Below, piece after piece: positions 36,158-50,135 of a stretch of DNA of 64,000 bases (positions are counted from its first letter, which is position 1; each line of letters opens with the position of its first letter). Both the position numbers and the translations under genes were made by a program. The notes beneath the pieces were generated by a model. The model had not been told where the DNA came from, ran no database searches, and saw nothing but the letters and a program-made list of their open reading frames with translations. Source of the stretch: Octopus sinensis. Lineage: Eukaryota. The DNA is taken from positions 24,068,464 to 24,132,463 of the forward strand of contig NC_043011.1 in NCBI RefSeq assembly GCF_006345805.1, read 5' to 3'.

Positions 36158-38844
36158 GATAGACAGATAGATAGATAAATATATAAATAGGCTGTTTTAA
36201 CAGCCAATATGGCTTTGAGAAAAGGCTCATGTTTCATATCAAAGAATATTGCTGACACTTGACATTATATACACGTCATATTAGCAATACATATATAGAT
36301 ATAGATACATGTATGTAGTATAATGCTAGGTATCAAAGAATATATAGAGTTAGTCATCAACAAAGAATTATATAGTGTTGAAAACATAGTCAAAAGTCTA
36401 AATATTCCCCACTGCACTCCACATTCACAGACATGTAATTCCTTCTATATTCTATATAATATTTCTTACCAGGCATACTTAACTAAATAGCACTTATATT
36501 TATGAAACATTTACTTACTCTTAGCTCTTTAGGAACAGTTTCTATTCAAGTAAACCAAACAAAATTAAGAGAGCATTAACTCCAACTATATTCTTCTATA
36601 ACATCAATGCACGATATTAGTCCAGTCTTCCTTTCTTGAATTGTTACAAGGGAATTTTTTTTTTTTTTTTTTTTGTGAAATCAAATATAAAATGTATTCT
36701 AATATCAAAAAATCTTTATATGATACTTTTTCAATAAAATTCATTATATGAAAATGCACACAAAATTCCTACAGAATCAACTCTGGAAACAGTCAATAGG
36801 AAAACCAGAAAATTTGAAAAGGAATCTGTCACTATTGTATGGCCATGTTCTAGTGGGTAGAGTTATAGACTAATACAAATGGTTAAGGTTTCTATTGAAT
36901 ACACATGTAACAACAACAACTGGAAACAGTAAGGAGGGGTGAAAAAGTAAAAGGAAGGAAATTAAAGAAAAATGTCAAGAAATGTGAAAGAAACAAATGA
37001 ATGCATTCAGCCAGATTTCTATTTAAAAAATAAAGCAAGGGGGAAAGAAATTAAATCAATACGACATAATTAGATTTGTTTTACATGCAGCTATTCACTG
37101 TGAATTTGCATAGAAAGAATGAGTAGATATATGGAACGAGTAAGAGAAAATAAACTAATATGAACGAATAGAAAGAAATGTATGAGAAATGATGATCTGT
37201 ATGTGATTGGTTGATACATGTATAACAAAGAGAAAGATGGTTGGGTGGAGGGAGAGTAAGTATCTCTGTATAGAATAATTCCGGACAATAGCTAAATGAA
37301 TTAATTCAGGTTGATGTAGTCTTTACAGAATATATACACTTGTAGAAGAAAATTTTTGTAAACTTGATAATACACAAAGAGAATGGATGGACTATAGTGA
37401 AGATTAGTGGTTGTTATGACATAGCTTAAAGCCTACAATGTATGTTTGCACATGCCACAATTTGTTGGTTTAATATCATAATGACACACATACATATCGA
37501 ATGTATACATTACAATGAATGAATGTTAATTTTAACTGTTTTTAAAACCTATGGAAACCTACTCCAATCATTGTTTTATTAGCTTTCACATCATTATCTT
37601 TAGAAATTATAAAGAAATTTTAATTTTATTAATTCTCAATCCATTAAAGTTATCATTTTAAAACCATTAGTAAACTCATAAATCTACATCAACAAGACTG
37701 TAACTAAATCATCAGAATCCATTTATACAAAATATCAAATGCTCGGAAAAGAAAGAAAAAAAATATTGTGACCCATTGAACAGGAGAGATCAAATCAGAT
37801 TTCATTTAAACAAGTAAATAAAAAAAAAATTAAATATCATAGCAAATAAATTGTATCAGAAGTAGCAGTAGTTGCTTGCCAGCTGGTGAACACTTTTCTT
37901 TAGATTGTATTGATTTCTTATAGCTTGGCATTTAAAGCCAAACTCAAATAAGCTAGTTTACTATTTCTGATCAACTTGCTCTAACAAAGAATTCTATTTC
38001 AAAGTAGTATTATTATCCAAGTGTTCAGGATTTGACTTAGATAATTTCATTTTTATTTAAATGAAATTTTTGATAACCAAAATATATACATAAAGTACTA
38101 CTACAATTAAATTACTATCCATAACTAAGAAATATTTAATTTTATATGCAATATATTCATATAGGATGTATATAATGAATTTCTAGACAAAATGTTAAGA
38201 TATGCATGTTCTACAAAAACATTTCCTCTTGTGAATTTGTTCTTCAAAGTGAATTTAACTAGACATGATTAAATCTTAAGCTGATATCACCTGCAGTAAT
38301 ACAACTCTTTTTAAATTTTGGTAAGTTAGAAATATTAGCCTGGTTGCCTTGTTCTATATAATTTGATTTATTTATTTAAACTAAAATCTGAAGAAGAATG
38401 AGAGAGAGGGACATCATAATTTTCAATAGAAGAGCACTTTCTTTGACTATAAAATAGTCTTCTGGTTCAGTTTATTTTTCGAAATTCCCACTTATCACAT
38501 TATCATTTTGTTTCAAGCAAAATTATCACATTACCATTTTATCACACTTTGTTTCAGGCAAAGAAAGATGCTATGATGTAATCTCCATTCTCATAAATGG
38601 AGAAAATTCCTTTGAAGTTTTGTATTTCTAAATTTTCATTCAATTGCCTCTAGTCACCATATTCCAACAAGCATCATCACAACAATTATTATGTTCAATA
38701 TCTCAACAAACATTTAAGCAATTTTTGCAAGTAACAGAAATGACAGTATCAAAAGAGTTAATGTTCTATGCATATATTTTACACAGATTAAACTGAACAA
38801 TATGTTCAGTTTGTATGAATAGAGAAAAATAAATGTAATCTAAC

Positions 38845-38860
38845 TCAGACAGAGGAGGTG

Positions 38861-38894
<34 letters not shown>

Positions 38895-39000
38895 TGAAAG
38901 GAGAAAGAGGAAAGAAAATAGAGGGAGGGAAATAGAAAAGAGAAAGAGGAGAGACATAGAAGTAGAAAGAGAGAAAGGATAAAGAAGAGAAAAGAGAGAG
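38845..39000. repeat. Purine-rich (GA) tract
   Basis: Directly visible. Confidence 0.9.
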
Positions 39001-39639
39001 ACCTAAAAATGAAAGTAAACTTTTTAAATTTCTATCAAGGCTTCCATCTGAATTACAAATGTCAAAGGTAGCTATTTATGCCTTAAGTCAAAAAATGATC
39101 CACACGTTCTTTCATAATGAGGTTTTCAGAATAATGGATAATAGTTGTGTATGATGAGAAAAAAAAAAAGCTTAACTTAAAATCAAACAGCTGTAAGACA
39201 GTTGTGACAAAGGAAAATCTAAACGAGATCAGATTGAGGTAAATTATACTTGTTGCAATTATATAAATTTCATTTTGATAAAAAACAAGAAGCTAATGAA
39301 GACTCATTTAAAATTCAGAACAGCTTCAAAATCTGTCATCATATACTTTAAAGATTTATATTTTGAAATTTTAAGAGCAGATAAATGGTTTATAAGAGTA
39401 GCTCAGTATTTTTTCTTATTAGTTTGGTCTGAAAGAAGGGGTTGTGCCTATGTCTTTCACAATCCCTCTAAGGCCAGTGAGATCAATATAATGTTCATTT
39501 TGGAAGAGTTGTATATTAAAATTTGAAAGGAATTCCAGAGGGTCAATCTGTAAGGGACAAAACTAACCTTGGGTCACATCACAGTTGATAAAATGTATGT
39601 GTGAATGTGAGAGAGACAAAGAGAGATATGTATAGAGCT

Positions 39640-40620
39640 CACAGATGAGCAGTTTTGTCAGGAGGTTCACATGTTATCTATAGAAAAAGGCCTTGCTGAT
39701 TATGCATGCAACAACACTGTTAAACTGTTTTATAAAATTTCTTGTAGGTTGAGGGTTCAAGCACTGCTGACGGACATAAGGTTCCAAGAAAGCCATAGAA
39801 AGATTCAAGATGTTGGAGGAAGTTTGCTGTCATCTTTGTGGGAATGGGGCAAACTGTAGTACAGTAATCCTTTGACTATTATGGGTGTTACTTTCCCAAA
39901 CCCTTGCGATAGGTGAAAATCCACGAAGTAGAAACAGTACTGTACAATATTTTTTATTTCTATAATTTGTATATATTTCTTTTATTATATATGTAAAACA
40001 ACACCACAGAGGAATCAATGTAAGCTTAAACAAACTGCGATATGGAAAGGGATTACTTTATACTTCTAAGGATCAAAATATATCTCAAAGAATGAAGAGT
40101 TTGGCAAGAGTAGGGGAGAGTTCTGATAGGCATTGTTAATGCTAATAGACAATCTGGTTTGAAGCTGTTGGAAGTACTTTCATACTTGGTCCATATGTGG
40201 ACATAGTGATGAACTGGTGGCACAGAAACTAGCCATGTGAAGTTGGTCCAAAGTGGGGCAGCATAAGCTGAGTCTTTCTTTACAGAAAGTACTGTTATAG
40301 AACCATCATGCTTGTAAAGTGGAAAAAAAGAGGATTACACCAAGTTGGTAGATATCCTTTTAACAAGAGACCAAAAGTATAGGTTGAACTTTGAAAACTG
40401 AAAGAGCTTGCAGGCAATGCAACACATAGAGGAATTCTTTACATTTGGGACAATGATTTTACATGAAAATAGAGGTCAGTTAAGGTAGAAAAGTGCCACT
40501 TTCTGAAGATACTAATGGCAAAGGTTGTAAAAAAGAAAACTCTAACAGAGAGAAGTGAATGCATATCTGCAAAATGGTGGAGCTGACAGGAGATGTGACA
40601 ATATCCACCTATTAGTCATA
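39640..40620 (-). mobile_element. Old CR1/Jockey-group LINE remnant (region just before RT)
   Basis: The minus strand reads QCLSELSPTLAKLFIL (40090-40137), preceded by a PD motif and followed by VCPIP, typical of the non-LTR RT N-terminus. Boundaries are uncertain. Confidence 0.5.
39862..39942 (+). mobile_element. Short TA-flanked Tc1/pogo(Tigger)-like terminal fragment or MITE
   Basis: TA-CAGTAATCCTTTGACTAT..GCGATAGGTGAAAATCCACGAAGTAGAAACAGTACTG-TA, with CAGTA/TACTG ends. Confidence 0.5.
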
Positions 40621-42399
40621 TGCTGAACTGATCCATTCACCCTATTTCAACACAGAAAAAAACTGACTTAAAAAATGGTGATAAGACTACATTTAAAGTA
40701 CATACAAAGTTTAATTTTTACATTGATTATCATATTTTAAAGACTGATATTGTGAAAGAGCTAAGCTCACTCAATTTTTTAAAACTAGTTATGCTAAATA
40801 TAGTACATGCAATATCAAAGATTAAGTATTAATTTCAACTTTTGAGTTTAATTTCAGTTGTTTTAGATCTTCAATTTGAGAATAAAATATTCCATTTATT
40901 CTTTTGAGCAAATATTAGAGGCAGAACCACTTAGTTAACTTAGAAGCAAACAGTTTGACCATTTGGCTTTTGATATTCTATTACTTGTAAAGTTAAAATA
41001 AAATATTACAAAACATAATATTCATCAATCAATTATTTTAGAATAATATTTGTTATGAAATATTTGAAGGTAATTAGAAATCATTCTTATGCAGAAATTC
41101 AGTATAAAATATTTATCTAAACTAAGTCTAATATTCAATTGGTCAGTGTACACGGAAGAAATGACAATTTTATTATGGAAATACAGCATCCTCAATGTTA
41201 TATGAGTGACATGAATGGATGATCCAGACAAGGAAAACTAAGAGCTGTAGGCTGATGGTAAAAGGTAGACAAGGTGGTGAAGATAAACAAAGAGATTTGG
41301 AAGTAAGTGGTTAGGTTAGATTTGAAAAGTTTGGGTCATAAAGGTGAGATGATACAAGACTCGGATGTTTATTGGAAAACACTTGTCTAACCTATGTTGG
41401 CATGAAAAAAAAAAAAAAAAAGAGATGAAATCCATTCTATTTGTTGAAATGGGACTGTCCCTTTGGCTGATTCACTAGCTATTATCAAAAACGAAATACA
41501 CAATAGTGGCTTACTAAAAGACTTTACAGACAAAGAAAATATTAAGTATATGGAAAACAAATTCTAAAATAGAATAAAACTTAGGATGAAAACCAGAAAG
41601 ATAAACCAGTGAGAGGAAATTTAAAGTGCACGAAGACTGTTTCTAATATGTACAATGAACACAAACATCAAAAACAGTAAAAATCAATTGTACTTTTCAC
41701 GAAAAGAAAAAGTAAACAGCATAAGAAATGCATTTATGGAATTGGAAATAAAACAACAAAATTAAGTATGAATTGATATAACCTATTTGTAGAAAAACTA
41801 CAAGTTATGTACAAAACTATTGTAATTCTTAAATGAAGAGATGAGCTCTAGACTCAATTTAATGGTAAATGAACTATTTCCAAATTATCTCTCATGCTAG
41901 ATCAAAATGATACTTTATGGGTAGTTCCATGAAAGGGAAAGAATTTAACTCATTATAAACATAGTCTTTCATGAATCTCTGTGATATGTGAGAACAATAC
42001 TATTTTCCCCCTTTGGCTCACAAAACAATCAAACTTTGTTAGACAGGATGGTGGGCTCTGATACTGACTTGGATATAAGTAATTTCAGGTAAATTAAATT
42101 GTTGTGATAGTGGGATTCAGTGCTATCTCATGTGGTGGAATAGGTGCTGCCAAAAGTTTGGTTGCTTGGAGATGTGTATCACGCAGCAGAAATAATTAAC
42201 ACTTTGTTGAAAATACATGAACTACAGATTCAAAATAGGGATTATCATTTGTTAACATGTGAGTATAATTGATTAACATGTCTCTGGATAATCCCCTCAT
42301 ACAGATACAGAATATGAAACTAGGCGATTTGCTTTGAGTGCTGTTTCAGAGTTTCATTTTTCTCTTTGGCTGTAGTTCCTAAGATACACCAACTCACCA

Positions 42400-43420
42400 A
42401 TTTCTCAGCTGTTTTTGAGCAATCACCATCTCCTGGGTATGTTGGTAGCATCAAGTGAAGCTAGGTTTAACTATATCGAAAAAGTTGCATAATTTATGAT
42501 TCAACAACAGTTCCACAGGAGACTCACAGAGAGTAGCAAGGTGGATGCATAATTCAATAAGCAAATAGAAAATGATTTATTAGTCTCAGTTATGTCATAA
42601 CTTCAAATTGACACTTTCTTCAGAGCTGTACTGAAAGTTTGGACAGCCCTCTCTGTACAACTATTGGATGACAAGCAACAAGATGCATTGGTTACATGCC
42701 ATATACCATTTAGAGACATAAAGCTCAAAAATCCATCACTTGCAGAGGCAGAGCCATTATCTACTGCACATATCTGAAAGGCTATGAATCTTAAAAACAA
42801 GTTTTTCAATGGTTGCTATAGAAGTTCAACTGCTCATAGATGTAGCTTCAATCCATTTGGCCTAAGTGTCTTCAACAAGTGAAAGTATTTTGCTTAGAAA
42901 TGGACCTACATAACCTATATGTAGAAAGGACCATGGGCCAGAAGGCTATTCTCGAAATTGTATTGGAGTATTGACATTATTGTAGCCTCTAACATGGCTC
43001 CTTCTTACTCACAATGCAGCTTTTGCTACCAAATGTAGAAAATGTAAGTGCCTTCATCCTGTTGACATGGATGCATCATGTGACGTTGATAGATTACTTC
43101 ATGCCCCAGATTGAGAGGGATAATTACTCTCAGCATCAAAGTAGGCAACTATCATAGACAGTTAATTCGGAGTTGGATAATGAGAAAGGCTCTAATTCAG
43201 ACAAATCTTGTTCAACTGACCAGTCTTGTTTTATGTTCATGCTAACTATGTGGCTTGCGATCAGATCTTCACAAGTATGGACATCCACTTGCTCTGGTGC
43301 ACAATAAAAATCATCACCTTAATTTTGATTAGAGATGGTTCTGAACTTTGCAAAGGAAGACTACTTCACCACATTCTCATTGGTTCAATGCAATCTTCAA
43401 CTCACCTTCTTGGTCACAAG
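42400..43420 (-). mobile_element. Decayed Gypsy LTR-retrotransposon integrase region
   Basis: Minus-strand fragments ELTVYDSCLL..RVIIP, NRMKALT..YIW, PWSFLHIGYVGPFL..AKWIEA and VDNGS..FLSFMSLNGIWHV..SSNSCTERAVQTF are colinear with the rve integrase core. Confidence 0.88.
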
Positions 43421-44830
43421 TGACCAAGTAAAACTAGTAGAGACAGTAGCATGGAGTACTGAGTACTTTTTGGCTATGTGTGATATAAAGCAGTCTCATT
43501 AGTGCGGGTGTTGTGATGAGATGCACTCGGTGAAGTGGTTGGTGAGTGAGATGAAGTGGTACAGAGTCATGATAGTTCCTTGGCTTTGTTGGCAATGAGA
43601 CAACCTTTTAAGTGGTGATACCACTATGAAATGTACCTAATACACTGTGAGGTGTTTGATAAAGCACCCAGACATAGAATTGATGAAATGTGCAAGCAAG
43701 ACATGCTCTTCTTACTCACTGGCAAAGAGGAGGAGAACAGTAATGCCAAAAGAAATGGATTCAACCCATGACAACATACACTATCCATGCTAGCAAAGAA
43801 AGTCAGTATAAAGTTAAGACCCCACCACGCACACACAATATAGAACAAGTTGAAAATAAGAGGTACATCATAAAATTAGACATAAGCAATTAAATAAAAT
43901 CTAGCAACACTAACATGTAGCTAGTTTGTTTCACACCAACTACATCTTAATTCTTTCGTAAACCTCAGAAAGTGATTTTAACACACATATTCACAGGTTC
44001 AATTAAACCAGTGAAAACACGCTGATGTAGCTACTCATCTAAACTGTCTACAATAAATCATTTTCCAAACATGTGCATACACCTATATTTGTTTGGAAAG
44101 AGAAAGGATGTGAAAGAATACAAATAATGATGTGAAATGAGCATTGACATTTTTGATGAGTAATAAATGCAATATTCTCTATGCAACAATCTAAGAAAAT
44201 TGCGCTGTAATTCAGCAACAGCAACAACAACAAAAAATGTTCAGATAGTTTTATATCCCAATAGATGATTCATTGATAACTTTAAATTTACATTTCATTG
44301 TACATGTTAAAAACTTTTATCAAGTGAATATTTATTTATTTAGTGAAATTATTGAATTTACTTGAAACGTGTTCAATCTCCTTTCCCATTAAACCATACT
44401 TAGGAAGCATCTCTGTTCAGTGAAGAAATAATTAATGAGAGAACATGTCACAAGCAACTACCAGCAAACCTGTTAGATTAAATAGAAACTTGTATGTGAA
44501 TTCATAGTTGTCTTATTTCATATGTGTTTACACACATCAACATAAACACGTAATAATGAAACATGTAGGGATCAATTCTAAGATTTCCTATTTCCTGAAT
44601 GACATTCATTTACAGACAGTAATAGAAAAATAAATTATGCATTAAACAAGATAAAAAAGAAAAAAAAAAGACAAATATACTTCAAAGCATGTCAGAGTGA
44701 GCATACTTACAATTATTACCTTAAGACACAAAATTACTAAGTAAATATGTAGAGGAAATGCAGGTCACTTAATCTTATAGATAATTACATATGTTTCTAA
44801 AAGAAATAAAAGGATATGAAACAACAACAA

Positions 44831-44863
<33 letters not shown>

Positions 44864-46179
44864 CATCATCTTAAGGAAAATAATCTTAAATCAATGAAAA
44901 CAAATATAAAAAAAAAGGCAATATTTTATTTTTTATATATATATATATTTTCTGGTAGGGAAGCAGATCTACAATCGCTATGAAGAAAATAAAGAAATAC
45001 TGAGATGATTCTTTTGCATTTAGAAAAGTTTCTGCATGAAGAAATTAAATCAATAATGTCGATCTTAAGTCAATGTTTCAGCCAGCATATTTCATAGTGT
45101 GCTTACATACACGCACAACACATCAAATAAGGAATAACTGGCATTAATTAAATTATCTCTATTTGACCTTGAGAAATGAAACGTTCTAATATCTAATCTC
45201 GATAGGACTGACACATTCACTGACTGCCAGTTAAGATTCCAAGGATGATCCTTACCCTTTTACATTAAATAATTCCAAATTAAGTAGTATATATTTTCTT
45301 CCTTCAAATAGATACATAATCCTATTTCAGTAACAAATATTTAATGCAAAAATCATTAAATAAATTTAATACGATTTTCTGCATATATTTCTTGTTGAAT
45401 TTTTATTTGCTCTCTCTTTCTCTGCCATTCCTTCTTTATGCATATATAAGAAGAATACACAAAGAATATGAGTATGTGTGTGCAAATATATACAAATATG
45501 TATAAATATATGCAGTTGACCCTGTGTTAATATAAAACATGGTAATAAATGTTATTTTATTAATTTGGCAATGAATAAAATTGCCTAAAAAATGGATTTC
45601 ATAGAAAAATATTGAAAATAGAGGTAATGAAGGGTTGCTTAATCCCACCCTGCAAATTGACTGTTGCTGAAGAAAATGTATAGTCTCTAAAACTACAATA
45701 TGTTCCTGTGAACTTGTAGCATCACTCTAGTTTATTTTGACAATCCTTATGGGATTTTTTTTTTTTTTCAAGAAAGAATTTAATGTGAATTTTCATTTTC
45801 AAATAAAACATTTCCCATGCTGAAAGCAAAGTCTGTACAAAAGAATATTACTGTAGGAATGAAGAAAGAGATTATTCTAAGACAAAAAGTGATTGGTCTT
45901 AGTGCAAAGTATGGATTGGCCTAATTTAAATCTGTACCAAAAGGGGAGAAAAAATTTGCTAAAAAGTGCATCAGTAGTTGTAGGAATATGTAGGCTTTGT
46001 GCCTTGCATACTAGTGACATCAGAAATCTGTTAGTGTAGACCAGAGAGAAACAACTTAGGCAGTAATTCAATGAGTAAAGCATATTTGTAAAAAGTTAAA
46101 AATAACTCGGTGGAACATCGCTTGTTAAGGTCATTTCTACAGATATTCTAGAGAAATTATCACCAGCACTGATTTTTGT

Positions 46180-47065
46180 TATGATGTTTCGTATCTGAGA
46201 TGTCAGCTGCAAATCAGTTGTAGATTTGACAGCCCTAGTGGCAACAACACTCTTTCGGCTATGCATCTTTTAGTGTTCACCATCATCCACAGAATAAAGA
46301 GACAGGTGCCTGCTTCTTGCAACATGCCAGCATGTCCCACTGGGTCTTCTTGCCACTCGCACATGCACTCACTCACTACCCCAGTCACGCAATGACTGGC
46401 ACATTCAGCACTCATGTGCACACTTACACTGCCTCAGTCATGCAATGGTTGGCACGTTCAGCACTCACACACATGCGCTCACTCACACTGCACATGCAAA
46501 GTGACATCGCTATTCGAACTCACTCAGATCCTGTCCTGTACATTCCCTGGATTCTACCTCCTGATATGCACATTTTATTTTGCATCACATTTACCTCACA
46601 ATTCTGAACCTTGTTTTCACTTTGCTGGTCCTGAAATGTGTATTTTGCTTAGCATATTTCAGTCCTCCTACTTGTTTGTAGCGATTTTCAGTCTGCAGTG
46701 GAGTAGTGTAGTGAGACAGAAAAGAGCTATTTTGTCGTGATAGCATAGCACGATCATGCAATGGCCACTTCATCCAATTAGAGCTAGCTGCAGAAGGATA
46801 CATGTGGAAACTTCTGCCCAGCAGAATACATGCCTTCTTCAAATAGCTAAATCAGTTGCAGATTTGACAGTGAGGAAGCAACATTGCTTTCTTTAACATG
46901 GCAGAGATAAATCAGTTGCAGATTTGATGACCCAAGTGACAACATCACTCTTTCTGCTATGCATCTTTTACTCTGTTCACTATCAACACTGCACAACTCT
47001 GTTAAACCCCTGGTTGTCACAGTATAAATAGAGACAGTTGCCTGTCTCTTGAAATGTACTAGCTT
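46180..47065. repeat. Imperfect direct repeats (~46208-46330 and ~46908-47060, partial copy at 46848) around a CA-rich core; possible LTR remnant
   Basis: AAATCAGTTGYAGATTTGA occurs 3 times; CACTCTTTCKGCTATGCATCTTTTA and AGAGACAGKTGCCTG occur twice. Confidence 0.7.
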
Positions 47066-48471
47066 ATCACACTGTGTTCACTAATTTTCTGAAAAAATGT
47101 TGCAATATGTTAAGATTAGTAAAGGTTGTCACAATCCACTCTGGATACTTACTTAAGAAACAAAAAGAAAAAAAAAGGCCCCAAGAAACTTCTACTTCTT
47201 CAGTAACATAAGATCCAGACAATCCTCTGCAGATGTAAGGAGTTCTAAGAGGCTTAGATGAGATGCCTTTTCTCCCCACCCTTGCAATAATTTCCTCTTC
47301 CCCCACCACCTCATTGACCTTCATTTTGGCTAAACAACCCACCTAATTCAGGTGAGAGATTGATTATTCAAAATTTATGATTTTTAAATATTTAAATTTT
47401 TGATTTAATCAATCATTCTTTCCTTTTATAGATTATTTGTTATTTATGTGATAACACCTTTAATGTTGTATTTTACTGTCTGTTAGTGTTTGTCTTTGTA
47501 GGAGAAAGATCTTTGAAATGAGGTGTGAATCATTCATTCAATCTGTTTTATTTTGTTTCAGTCTGTTTTTTTTTTTTTCTTGTTATTTTCTTATTGCACT
47601 ATAATCACATAACTTTTTTTATTATTTGTGTTTTATTCAAGCTTAAAAGGCTGCTTTGTGTGAAATGTGGAAGCTTAGCATTAAATGGTTACTAAATACA
47701 TATGGTTTAATTGATGTTGTAACAGATGAGGTTTTGGAATGAATTACATTTGTAATGGCAGAGTCAACTAGATATATCACTCGTCAATAGAACATTAAGA
47801 GACACATAACACTTTACAATAATCTACTTATATAAGACTTTTTTTTTTCTTTTTAGCAGAGATTTCTAGCTCCTTTTGAGAAAGTGAATATATAATTAAC
47901 AATTCTAAGCACAAAAATTAAATCTTCCAATTGACCTGGAAGAGAAACATTATCAGTATTGGATCAGTGGCATTATAAGGTGCTAACTGTGCTTTTCTTT
48001 GTTTTTAATAGAGCAAGGCTGGCTATATGTCAAGAAGTTAGCTTTGTAATCCAATGGTTTCAAGTTCAATCCCATAATGAAGCACCAACTAGAGTAAGTG
48101 GTTATTATAATCTTATATTGACCAATAATTTTAGTAGAATTTGATAGACAAAATTTGATAGGTAGAAGTTTGTTATATGACATACACATTTGTGTGGTAT
48201 ATGTTAGGGATAAGATGACTAATAGGTTTTTGGCATGTGAATATGGCACTCAACTTGTTGCATTCCCAAAAAGTCAGTCTCTCTAGATTGTGTTCATTTC
48301 TCACTTTGATTTGTTGTCTAATGGACAGTTTTGTATACTTGTGGATTGTTACAACTCTTATACAAGTAAAACAAGTAATGAGTTCCTTCTTTTATGTTGG
48401 AATCAAGTGCATTATATTTTATTATTCTAGCACTCAAGGCTCAAATAACAACTATTGTTACGGTTAAAACA

Positions 48472-49900
48472 ATGGCAACAAGGTTAAGAGATAATATGGC
48501 TATTTCTTTTAAACAAATGGAAATGCTTCTTGAACATCAGCAGAAACAATTTGAGGTAGCACAGTTTAAACTTATTGAATTACTAACTCAAACATTATCT
48601 TTCCACTCGAACAGTGACAAATCTCAGGCACCTTCGAATTCTATTAGAGAATATATTTTCGACCGAATTGCTGATACCTGGCTTGCAAAGTTTTGAAGAT
48701 ACTTTTCATGTTGACTGTTCGAATATTGATGACCAGGCAAAAGTCAGATCACTATTAGCCAAACTCGGAATTAACAAACACACTAAATACATTAATTATA
48801 TACTACTGAAGAATCCTTGAGACATCAGTTTCAATGAGACAGTTGAAATACTTCAGAAGATCTTTGGTGCAAACTCATAACTGTTTAACATTAGATGCAA
48901 TCATTTTAAAATTGTCAAGTCCAAGGAGGAGGATTTTTTTCAGCTATGCAGATATAGTAAATAATGAATGTGAATGTTTCAATTTGAATTCTTTAACTCA
49001 TAATCAGTTTCAATTTGAATTCTTTAACTCATAATCAGTTTCAATTTGAATTCTTTAGCTCATAAAGAATTCAAATTGAAACTGATTATGAGTTAAATAA
49101 TTCAAATTGAAACTGATTAACTCATATTGTACAGCAAGCCAGCAAAGAGTGCCAAAAGTTGCAGCATGACATGAAGATGACTGGAATGAGTGACAAGTTT
49201 ACAGTAAATAAATCAAGTGAAAACTAATCCTGAATCATTACCTATTGACAGGAAAAGAAATTTTGGTTCTCTTCAGTTATACTGGTTTTATGGAGCAACA
49301 CATGGAAAGTTTTGCCCTCATTCTTTTATATGTTTTAGCCCTAAGGCTGTGGCTGTGCTGGGGCACTGTCTATTAGCAACACATGTCAATTATGCCACGA
49401 GTTTGGTCATAAAGAAAAGTCTTGTTGCCTAATCATTTAAAGGAAGAAAGCAGAAAGTCTAATCACTCATGGAAAGTAAGTAAAAACTCTCTTCCTAAGT
49501 TTTCAGCTCGTTACAAACCAAGAAAACAATACTATTTATACCAGCTTTAAAGTGGATTTTCAAAAATAAAACACAAGTATTTAATTGTTTCAATAAATGA
49601 TCCTCCACTTAAATTACAGTTAGCCACAGTATCAGATATCATGTTGATGATTTCTTGCAAAATTTAGAGGCAACTTAGTTATCCACTGTTAGTTGAGAAA
49701 GAACACAATGCCAAGAATGCATCAGGTCATAATATAAAGTTTATTGGTATGGTTAAGTGTAAAGTACAGTTTGATTATTTTTAATGGAACTCTTGTTATT
49801 TGAAAAATCAACATGACTTAAATTTACTTGGTTTAGAATGGATTACTGAACTGATCTTATGTAGTAACCCGATGATCTCTATTTGCACACATTTAAATAC
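48472..49900 (+). mobile_element. Decayed Gypsy (Mag-like) gag-protease region with putative primer-binding site
   Basis: A PBS-like TGGCAACAAGG lies at 48472. Gag fragments read FEDTFHVDCSNIDDQAKVRSLLAKLG, YINYILLKNP*DISFNETVEILQKIFG and FFSYADIVNNECE. A CCHC knuckle CQLCHEFGHKEKSC lies at ~49385, and the protease reads LKLQLATVSDI (decayed DT site) and LNLLGLEWI. Confidence 0.88.
48976..49126. repeat. 31-bp unit in three direct and two inverted copies, forming a 57-bp-arm palindrome
   Basis: The unit GTTTCAATTTGAATTCTTTAACTCATAATCA starts at 48976, 49007 and 49038 (third copy partial). Arms are 49001-49057 and 49063-49119 with 1 mismatch, around loop GCTCA. Confidence 0.95.
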
Positions 49901-49994
49901 TGAGTGGCCCTATCAATAGTTCATTTGAACAATAATGGAGAATATTTTGCCACACAATTGTTGATACGTTCAATAATAACACTAATAACAATAA

Positions 49995-50135
49995 TAGTTA
50001 TGATGCTCATCATCATTGTTTTAATGTCTAGTTTTCCATAGTTGCGTATATCAGCTGAAACTACATTCAAGAAGGGTTTCCTATAGCCGGATGTCCTTTC
50101 CAACACCAACTCTCACCTGTTTCCAAGCAAAGTAA
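49995..50135 (-). mobile_element. RTE-like 3' tail fragment (SINE or LINE end)
   Basis: CATCATCAT..TTTAATGTC..TTTTCCAT..CTATAGCCGGATGTCCTTTCC..CACCTGTTTCCAAG is the reverse of the shared tail. Confidence 0.6.

Noticed and set aside
39145-39200. Third hammerhead-like remnant (ATGATGA..CAAACAGCTGTAAGAC)
   Set aside because: The palindromic ACAGCTGT is suggestive, but both core boxes are mutated and there is no stem II.
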